A stretch of DNA of 64,000 nt from an uncultured Eubacteriales bacterium (GTDB lineage: Bacteria > Bacillota > Clostridia > Oscillospirales > Acutalibacteraceae). Where the stretch lies: the NCBI GenBank assembly GCA_934541115.1, contig CAKTDF010000002.1, positions 20,630 through 84,629 on the forward strand. Direction: 5' to 3'. Made by a program: the position numbers and the translations under genes. Of the stretch, positions 46,832-53,274 are shown piece after piece (positions within the stretch are counted from its first letter, which is position 1; every line of letters starts with the position of its first letter). Below the pieces are notes generated by a model, which worked only from the letters and a program-made list of their open reading frames with translations, was not told the origin of the DNA and searched no databases.

Positions 46832-47716
46832 ATGCAGTTAAACGGTATTATATTAAAAGGTATCGGCGGTTTCTATTATGTGGAAACCGCCGAGGGCGTT
46901 TTTGAATGCAAGGCAAAGGGACGTTTTCGCCGCGAAAAACTCACGCCGCTTGCAGGCGATAAAGTTATCATCTCAGTCAATGAAAGCGCTGAGAATACAA
47001 TTGACGAAGTAAAAAAAAGAAAAAACTTTTTGTTGCGACCCCCGGTTGCCAATATTGATAATTTGCTGATTGTTGTTTCGATGTGTGAGCCTGCACCGAA
47101 CACACTGGTAATCGATAAAATGACCGCCTTGGCGGAACGCAACGGCATTACTCCGATTATTGTTTTTTCAAAAACCGATTTAGCCTCTGCCGAAGCTTAT
47201 ATTGATATATATAAAACAACGGGCTACAGTCTGTTTTCGGTTTCTCCCGACGATAAAAGCGATCTTGAAAAAATCAGAGAGCTTTTATCCGGAAAACTCA
47301 CAGCCTTTACAGGAAATTCCGGAGCGGGAAAGTCAACATTGATAAATGCGCTTTGTCCGTCGCTTGAGCTTTCAACTGCACAAATCAGCTTAAAGCTCGG
47401 ACGTGGACGGCATACTACGCGTCAAGCAGAAATTTTTCATGTTGGCGATGGATTAATCATTGACACGGCCGGTTTTTCTTCTATCGATTTGATTTCCAAT
47501 GATCCTATTTTGAAAGATGAGCTTGCGCTGTATTTTCCGGAGTTTCAAGATTATATCGGTCAGTGCAAATTTACATCGTGCGCACATATCGGGGAAAAGG
47601 GCTGCAGGGTTTGTGAAATGGTTGACAGCGGTGTAATAAGCAAAAATCGCCATAATAACTACGTTCAGCTATATAATGAGGCAAAAAACATCAAAGAATG
47701 GGAGCTTTCACACTAA
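46832..47716 (+). CDS. rsgA: Ribosome small subunit-dependent GTPase A
   Basis: Circularly permuted GTPase with SKTD, GNSGAGKSTLINAL and the zinc motif CKFTSCAH...C..C. Confidence 0.94.
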   Translation: MQLNGIILKGIGGFYYVETAEGVFECKAKGRFRREKLTPLAGDKVIISVNESAENTIDEVKKRKNFLLRPPVANIDNLLIVVSMCEPAPNTLVIDKMTALAERNGITPIIVFSKTDLASAEAYIDIYKTTGYSLFSVSPDDKSDLEKIRELLSGKLTAFTGNSGAGKSTLINALCPSLELSTAQISLKLGRGRHTTRQAEIFHVGDGLIIDTAGFSSIDLISNDPILKDELALYFPEFQDYIGQCKFTSCAHIGEKGCRVCEMVDSGVISKNRHNNYVQLYNEAKNIKEWELSH

Positions 47717-47735
47717 ATGCTGATTTTCGTATAAT
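47707..47735 (+). promoter_or_regulatory. Sigma-A-like promoter candidate for the two micro-ORFs
   Basis: TTCACA (47707-47712, within the rsgA 3' end), a 17-nt spacer, then TATAAT (47730-47735). Confidence 0.4.
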
Positions 47736-47792
47736 GGTATTGAGCCGGGATTAAGCGGTGTCCGGCAAATATTATTAACGGGGATGATCGTG

Positions 47793-47948
47793 ATGTCTTG
47801 CCACAGGAACACCAACAAGGGGGCGGTTTTTGCCGCCTTTGGTGCCGGGCTGCTGCTTGCGCTTTGTTTTCCTACCAAAATAATGCTTTTCATCCTTGCA
47901 ATAATGCTTGTCATTCTCGGAGTTATTTCATGTACGGGTAACCGCTGA
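47793..47948 (+). CDS. Unannotated 51-aa two-TM micro-protein (hypothetical)
   Basis: MSCHRNTNKGAVFAAFGAGLLLALCFPTKIMLFILAIMLVILGVISCTGNR. GGGGA lies 8 nt upstream of the ATG, and an in-frame ATG at 47784 is also possible. It is below the ORF-track cutoff. The 84-aa minus ORF over the same DNA has no RBS. Confidence 0.5.
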   Translation: MSCHRNTNKGAVFAAFGAGLLLALCFPTKIMLFILAIMLVILGVISCTGNR

Positions 47949-47979
47949 CTGCGCTCACTCAATAATAGGAGGTTTGAGC

Positions 47980-48063
47980 ATGAAAGTTGTTGTTATCAAG
48001 AGTCCGAAAGCGTTGAGAGGTATTTTAAAGCTGATTTTTAAAATTAAAAATGACGAATCCTGA
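47980..48063 (+). CDS. spoVM: Stage V sporulation protein M-like micro-protein (27 aa)
   Basis: MKVVVIKSPKALRGILKLIFKIKNDES. AGGAGG sits 7 nt upstream and the terminator starts at the stop codon. It aligns without gaps to B. subtilis SpoVM (MKFYTIKLPKFLGGIVRAMLGSFRKD), sharing M1 K2 I6 K7 P9 K10 L12 G14 I15. The position downstream of prkC-rsgA is syntenic. Confidence 0.72.
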   Translation: MKVVVIKSPKALRGILKLIFKIKNDES

Positions 48064-48090
48064 GGCTCGCCGAGCCTCTTGATTTTTTTT
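48062..48090 (+). terminator. Rho-independent terminator after spoVM
   Basis: The stem GAGGCT-CGCCG-AGCCTC is followed by TTGATTTTTTTT. Confidence 0.75.
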
Positions 48091-48106
48091 GAAAAATGTG
48101 TAAAAT
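48079..48106 (+). promoter_or_regulatory. Promoter candidate for parE/parC
   Basis: TTGATT (48079-48084), a 16-nt spacer, then TAAAAT (48101-48106). A second TGtTATACT element lies about 10 nt downstream. Confidence 0.35.
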
Positions 48107-48186
48107 ATATCTGTTATACTATATGTTGAGTCGGCAATGGGAAAAGTCGGCGGATTTTGTGTTTTACGAAAGGATTTGGATATATA

Positions 48187-50172
48187 ATGGCGAATAAACG
48201 CGGATATAGCGACGCAGACATTGAACTTCTTGAGGGACCTGACAAAGTTCGAAAACGTCCGTCGGTTATTTTCGGCTCAAACGGTATTGAAGGCTGCGAG
48301 CATTCAATGTTTGAAATTCTATCAAATGCAATAGATGAAGCCAGAGAAGGATATGGCAACAGAATTATTGTTACACGTTATCTTGACGGTTCGGTTGAGG
48401 TTCAGGATTTCGGACGGGGAATACCGGTAGGGTATAATAAAAAATATGACAAATATAACTGGGAGCTTGTTTTCTGCGAAATGTACGCAGGCAGCAAGTA
48501 TAATACTAATTCCGGCGGCAGTTATGAATACTCACTTGGACTCAACGGTCTGGGTCTTTGCGCAACTCAGTATGCGAGTGAATATATGGATGCCGAGATC
48601 AAAAGAGACGGACAAAAGTTTTCTCTCCATTTTGAAAAGGGTTTTAATATAGGTGGGATTTCTTCAGAACCATACTCAAAAAAGGACACAGGCAGCCGTA
48701 TCAGATGGAAACCCGATCTTGATGTGTTTACCGATATATCAATTCCGCTTGAGTACTATCAGGACGTTATCAAACGTCAGGCGATTGTAAACAGCCGCGT
48801 TCATTTTGAATTGAAGAATCAAATCAAAGGCGGATTTGAAACCTATGAATACTACTATGAAAACGGCATCGCTGACTATGTGCGTGAAGTTGTCGGCGAT
48901 GACGCGCTTTCATCTGTTCAGTGTTGGTCCGGAGAAAGAGTTGGTAAGGACAGAGCAGACCTTCCGGATTATAAGGTCAAGCTTAACGTGGCTCTTGCGT
49001 TCAGCAATAAGCATCAACTGATTGAGTATTACCACAACTCAAGCTGGCTTGAATTCGGCGGTTCGCCCGAAAAGGCTGTTATAAGCGCCTTTGTGTCTCA
49101 GATTGACTCATACCTAAAAGCAAACGGAAAATACACAAAAAACGATCCCAAAATTAAGTTCCAGGATATTTCAGACTGTCTTGTTCTCATTTCGTCTTCT
49201 TTTTCAACGGAAACATCATATTTGAACCAAACAAAAAAGGCGATAACTAACAAGTTCGTGCAAGAGGCTCTTACGGAATTCCTTCGCCACCAGCTCGAGG
49301 TGTATTTTCTTGAAAACAAAATGGAGGCGGAAAGAATCTGCGACCAGGTACTTGTAAATATGCGAAGCCGCATAAAGGCCGAGGCAACAAGGGTCAGCAT
49401 AAAAAAGACTCTCGCAGCTTCAAACGATATCACTAATCGAGTTCAGAAATTTGTTGACTGCCGCAGTCGCGATGTCAATGTGCGTGAACTCTTCATCGTT
49501 GAGGGAGATTCCGCCCTCGGTGCCTGCAAACAGGCAAGAGATTCCGAATTTCAGGCAATCATTCCTGTCAGAGGTAAAATTCTCAACTGTCTCAAATCCG
49601 AGTACGATAAGATTTTTAAAAGTGAGATAATTGTTGACCTTATACGTGTGCTCGGCTGTGGCGTTGAGGTCAAAAGCAAGCATGTTAAAGATAAAAAAAT
49701 GGTTACGTTTGATCTTAAGAATCTGCGCTGGAATAAGATTATTATCTGTACCGATGCCGATGTTGACGGTTATCAGATCAGAACGCTTATTTTAACGATG
49801 ATTTATCGTTTGGTGCCCACTCTTATCAGTGAGGGCAAGGTGTTTATTGCTGAGTCGCCGCTTTATGAAATTACAAGTGGCGATCAAACGTGGTTTGCGT
49901 ATACCGAAAAGGAAAAAGCCGATGCCTTGAATGAAATCGGCAAAAAAAAGTATACGATTCAGCGTTCAAAGGGTCTTGGTGAAAATGATGCGGAAATGAT
50001 GAACCTCACAACCATGAACCCGGCAACAAGGAGGCTCATAAAAATTGAACCGGCTGAGGCGCAGGCAACTTCTGAAAAATTTGATTTGCTTTTGGGCGAC
50101 AATTTGGCGGGTAGAAAGGATTATATCGCAAATTTCGGTCATCTGTATATTGATATGACTGACGTGAGCTGA
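48187..50172 (+). CDS. parE: Type IIA DNA topoisomerase subunit B (ParE-like, divergent clostridial type)
   Basis: GHKL ATPase N-terminus (LEGPDKVRKRPSVIFGS...FEILSNAIDEA) and Toprim motifs (EGDSA, DADVDG). The ATG at 48187 was chosen. It is followed by the A subunit. Confidence 0.85.
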   Translation: MANKRGYSDADIELLEGPDKVRKRPSVIFGSNGIEGCEHSMFEILSNAIDEAREGYGNRIIVTRYLDGSVEVQDFGRGIPVGYNKKYDKYNWELVFCEMYAGSKYNTNSGGSYEYSLGLNGLGLCATQYASEYMDAEIKRDGQKFSLHFEKGFNIGGISSEPYSKKDTGSRIRWKPDLDVFTDISIPLEYYQDVIKRQAIVNSRVHFELKNQIKGGFETYEYYYENGIADYVREVVGDDALSSVQCWSGERVGKDRADLPDYKVKLNVALAFSNKHQLIEYYHNSSWLEFGGSPEKAVISAFVSQIDSYLKANGKYTKNDPKIKFQDISDCLVLISSSFSTETSYLNQTKKAITNKFVQEALTEFLRHQLEVYFLENKMEAERICDQVLVNMRSRIKAEATRVSIKKTLAASNDITNRVQKFVDCRSRDVNVRELFIVEGDSALGACKQARDSEFQAIIPVRGKILNCLKSEYDKIFKSEIIVDLIRVLGCGVEVKSKHVKDKKMVTFDLKNLRWNKIIICTDADVDGYQIRTLILTMIYRLVPTLISEGKVFIAESPLYEITSGDQTWFAYTEKEKADALNEIGKKKYTIQRSKGLGENDAEMMNLTTMNPATRRLIKIEPAEAQATSEKFDLLLGDNLAGRKDYIANFGHLYIDMTDVS

Positions 50173-50188
50173 CAGAGAGGAAACAACA

Positions 50189-52450
50189 ATGGCAAAAAAG
50201 AAAAAATCAATAAAGAAAGATACAGATATTACCGAGCTTTTGAAGCATGCGCATATTTCCTCGGCAGGAGAAGTTGTTGATCAGCCGATAATAGATGCAC
50301 TTGAAATCAACTATATGCCATACGCAATGAGCGTCATTCTTTCTCGTGCAATTCCGGAAATTGACGGTCTCAAACCATCGCACAGAAAGCTGCTGTACAC
50401 AATGTATAAGATGAACCTGCTGAACGGAGCAAGAACAAAATCTGCCAACATTGTAGGACAAACTATGCGCCTCAATCCTCACGGTGACGCGTCGATTTAT
50501 GAAACTATGGTTCGCCTTGCCAGGGGAAATGAAACGCTCCTTTGCCCGTTTGTTGACTCAAAAGGCAACTTCGGCAAAGCATATTCGCGTGACATGCACT
50601 ACGCTGCAGCAAGATATACCGAGGCAAAGCTTGAACCGGTTTGCAGTGAGATGTTCGGTGATATTGATAAGAATACCGTTGATTTTGTTGACAACTATGA
50701 CAGCACAACAAAAGAGCCTGTTTTGCTGCCTGTAACATTTCCTTCAATTCTCGCCAATGTCAGTCTCGGCATCGCTGTTGGCATGGCAAGCTCAATTTGC
50801 TCATTTAATCTCAAAGAACTTTGTGAGACTACAATTGAGCTTATTAAAAATCAGGAGCACAATGTTATTGACACTTTGCCGGCTCCGGATTTTATCGGCG
50901 GAGGTTCAATTATATATGACCGCAAAAATATTGAGGACGTATATAATACAGGGCGCGGCTCTATCAAAGTCCGTGCCAAGTATCGCTATGACAAGGAGTA
51001 CAACTGCATTGACGTATACGAGATTCCGCCAACAACAACAGCCGAGGCCATTATTGATAAGATTATTGAGCGGATCAAAGCAGGAACCTTTAAGGAAATC
51101 AGCGATATTCGCGATGAAACAGACAGACAGGGTTTGAAAATCACAATTGACCTCAAAAGGGGAGTTGACCCCGAAAAGCTTATGCAGAAGCTTTATAAAT
51201 CAACGCCGCTCGAAGATTCTTTTTCCTGCAATTTCAATGTTCTCATTAACGGATACCCAAAGGTGCTTTCCGTAAAGAATATTCTCCTTGAATGGATTCG
51301 CTTCAGAGGAAAGTGTGTACACAGACGTATAAGCTTTGACCTTGAAAAAGCAAAAGACCGACTGCACCTTTTGAAAGGACTCGAAAAAATTCTTCTTGAT
51401 ATTGACAAAGCCATTTCAATTATAAGGAATACCGAAGAAGAGGGAGAAGTTGTCCCGAATCTTATGGTGGGCTTTGGTATTGACAAAATCCAAGCGGAAT
51501 ATGTTGCCGAAATAAAACTGCGTCATCTTAACCGTGAGTATATTCTCAAACGCTTAAAGGATATTGAGAATCTGACATCAGACATAGCAGATATGGAGGA
51601 TACACTTTCAAGCAAGGCAAAAATCAGAAAAGTAATTATTAAAGAGCTTGAGAATGTAATTAAAAAGTACGGAATAGAGCGCCGAAGCGACATACTTTAT
51701 GTTTCGGATATTGAAGAATCAGAGCCGGAGGAGACCATTTCGGATTACCCCGTTACTGTTTTTTATACAAAGGACGGATACTTCAAAAAAATTACACCGC
51801 AATCATTAAGAATGAGCGGCGAACAGAAACTAAAAGAGGGCGATGAGATCGTTCTTCAGCTTGAAACAAGCAATGCAAAGGAAGTGCTGTTCTTCACGGA
51901 CAAGCATCAGGTGTATAAGGCAAGGCTTTCTGACTTCGCCGACACAAAAGCTTCTGTCCTCGGTGAATACGTTGCGTCCAAGCTGTCTATGGACGAGGAC
52001 GAAAGCACGGTTTTCGCAGCCGTTCTGAATAATGATTATAACGGATTTATGCTGTTTTTCTTTGAAAACGGCAAGGCTGCAAAAGTCAACCTTTCTTCAT
52101 ATGCTACAAAAGCAAACAGAAAAAAGCTCATAAAAGCCTATTCGGATAAATCTCCGCTTGTTCAAATTATGATGATTCAAGAGGACAAAGATCTTGTTAT
52201 CGAAACAACGAGCGGCAGATATCTGCTCTTTAACACGGCACTTATTTCGCCGAAAGCTATGAAAGATACACAAGGCGTTGCCTGTATGACGCTCAAACGC
52301 GGCAATCGCATTTCGCTCGTACGTGATTATAAGGAGGGCGAATTTGTTAAACCGTATAGGTATAAGTCAAAAAATCTTCCGTCAACCGGTGCTCTCCTAA
52401 GCACTGAAGATGCCGCGCTTAAAAATAATATCCGGCTTGAAGGATTTTGA
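50189..52450 (+). CDS. parC: Type IIA DNA topoisomerase subunit A (ParC-like, divergent clostridial type)
   Basis: YAMSVILSRAIPEIDGLKPSHRKLLY, with catalytic Tyr context AAARYTEAKL. At 753 aa it is shorter than typical GyrA, and I noticed no GyrA-box. Confidence 0.85.
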   Translation: MAKKKKSIKKDTDITELLKHAHISSAGEVVDQPIIDALEINYMPYAMSVILSRAIPEIDGLKPSHRKLLYTMYKMNLLNGARTKSANIVGQTMRLNPHGDASIYETMVRLARGNETLLCPFVDSKGNFGKAYSRDMHYAAARYTEAKLEPVCSEMFGDIDKNTVDFVDNYDSTTKEPVLLPVTFPSILANVSLGIAVGMASSICSFNLKELCETTIELIKNQEHNVIDTLPAPDFIGGGSIIYDRKNIEDVYNTGRGSIKVRAKYRYDKEYNCIDVYEIPPTTTAEAIIDKIIERIKAGTFKEISDIRDETDRQGLKITIDLKRGVDPEKLMQKLYKSTPLEDSFSCNFNVLINGYPKVLSVKNILLEWIRFRGKCVHRRISFDLEKAKDRLHLLKGLEKILLDIDKAISIIRNTEEEGEVVPNLMVGFGIDKIQAEYVAEIKLRHLNREYILKRLKDIENLTSDIADMEDTLSSKAKIRKVIIKELENVIKKYGIERRSDILYVSDIEESEPEETISDYPVTVFYTKDGYFKKITPQSLRMSGEQKLKEGDEIVLQLETSNAKEVLFFTDKHQVYKARLSDFADTKASVLGEYVASKLSMDEDESTVFAAVLNNDYNGFMLFFFENGKAAKVNLSSYATKANRKKLIKAYSDKSPLVQIMMIQEDKDLVIETTSGRYLLFNTALISPKAMKDTQGVACMTLKRGNRISLVRDYKEGEFVKPYRYKSKNLPSTGALLSTEDAALKNNIRLEGF

Positions 52451-52460
52451 CATATAAGCT

Positions 52461-52499
52461 AAAAACATTGCAGACTGTTTTTTAGTCTGCAATGTTTTT
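52461..52499 (+). terminator. Rho-independent terminator after parC
   Basis: A 15-bp stem AAAACATTGCAGACT / AGTCTGCAATGTTTT with a T-rich loop and a T-tract, flanked by an A-tract (potentially bidirectional). Confidence 0.9.
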
Positions 52500-52530
52500 G
52501 TTAGGAGAATTATAATTAAGTGCGCAGATG

Positions 52531-52580
52531 CCAAAGAGAAAGTATTGCGTCAGACTCGCAAGTCATCGCAGGCAATACTT
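52531..52580 (-). terminator. Rho-independent terminator of rnhA
   Basis: On the minus strand a 9-bp stem AAGTATTGC...GCAATACTT has an internal GACT-CGCA-AGTC mini-stem and is followed by TCTCTTTGG. It begins 9 nt after the rnhA stop. Confidence 0.55.
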
Positions 52581-52588
52581 ACGTTATA

Positions 52589-53029
52589 TCAGTCATGGAA
52601 CTTCATACTTTGAGCAACTGCCATTTCATCGCAGCGTTCATTTTCCGGGTGACCGGCATGACCCTTTATCCAATTGAAAGTGACTGTATGCTCCTCGCAA
52701 AGCGACAATAAGGTATCCCAAAGGTCCGGATTAAGCGCGGGCTTTTTATCCTTTTTGCGCCAGTTGTTCTTTTTCCAGCCAGCAGCCCAGCCAAGAGTAA
52801 TACCGTCAGAAACATATTTTGAATCGGTAATAACGGTGACATTGCAGGGTTCTTTCAAAGCGTTCAGAGCTTCAATAACTGCTGTCAATTCCATACGATT
52901 GTTTGTTGTTTGAGCCTCGCCGCCGGAAAGCTCCTTGCGCTTTCCTTTGTAATCGAGAATGGCGCCCCAGCCGCCGGGACCCGGATTGCCGGAGCAGGCA
53001 CCGTCTGTATATATAGTTACTTCTTTCAT
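52589..53029 (-). CDS. rnhA: Ribonuclease HI
   Basis: 146 aa: [30 protein letters not shown], and [16 protein letters not shown] (DEDD plus His). Confidence 0.93.
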   Translation of the reverse strand: MKEVTIYTDGACSGNPGPGGWGAILDYKGKRKELSGGEAQTTNNRMELTAVIEALNALKEPCNVTVITDSKYVSDGITLGWAAGWKKNNWRKKDKKPALNPDLWDTLLSLCEEHTVTFNWIKGHAGHPENERCDEMAVAQSMKFHD

Positions 53030-53056
53030 TTCAATACCTCTTACTTAATTTCAGTA

Positions 53057-53085
53057 ATTCTATCATAAAGGGAGAAGTTTATCAA
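53057..53085 (-). promoter_or_regulatory. Sigma-A type promoter for rnhA
   Basis: On the minus strand: TTGATA (comp. 53080-53085), a 17-nt spacer, then TGaTAGAAT (-10 comp. 53057-53062). Confidence 0.5.
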
Positions 53086-53168
53086 GTGTGACTATATTTA
53101 AACTTTTCGGTTCAAAATACAAATTGCAAAGCAATTTAGAAATAATGTGTTAATAAATACGGCTTACC

Positions 53169-53197
53169 TTGACACGGTAGCTAAAAAATAGTAATAT
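53169..53197 (+). promoter_or_regulatory. Sigma-A type promoter for rnj
   Basis: TTGACA (53169-53174), a 17-nt spacer, then TAATAT (53192-53197). It leaves an AT-rich leader of about 70 nt. Confidence 0.55.
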
Positions 53198-53274
53198 ATA
53201 TAGTAATTATATCGAATTTTTATGCGAATTTTACATATAATGTTAAATTTATAAAGGAGTGTATGTACTGACAT

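Noticed and set aside
47708-47962. An 84-aa minus-strand ORF covering the rsgA-spoVM gap.
   Set aside because: It has no RBS and would run head-on into rsgA. The + strand reading of the same DNA gives a clean two-TM micro-protein with an RBS, co-oriented with its neighbours. I kept the + strand interpretation, itself only at moderate confidence.
52520-52711. A 63-aa + strand ORF with an AGGAG 12 nt upstream, located between the parC and rnhA terminators.
   Set aside because: Most of it is antisense to the rnhA 3' end and passes through the rnhA terminator hairpin. It begins downstream of a strong + strand terminator with no promoter, and the peptide is featureless.
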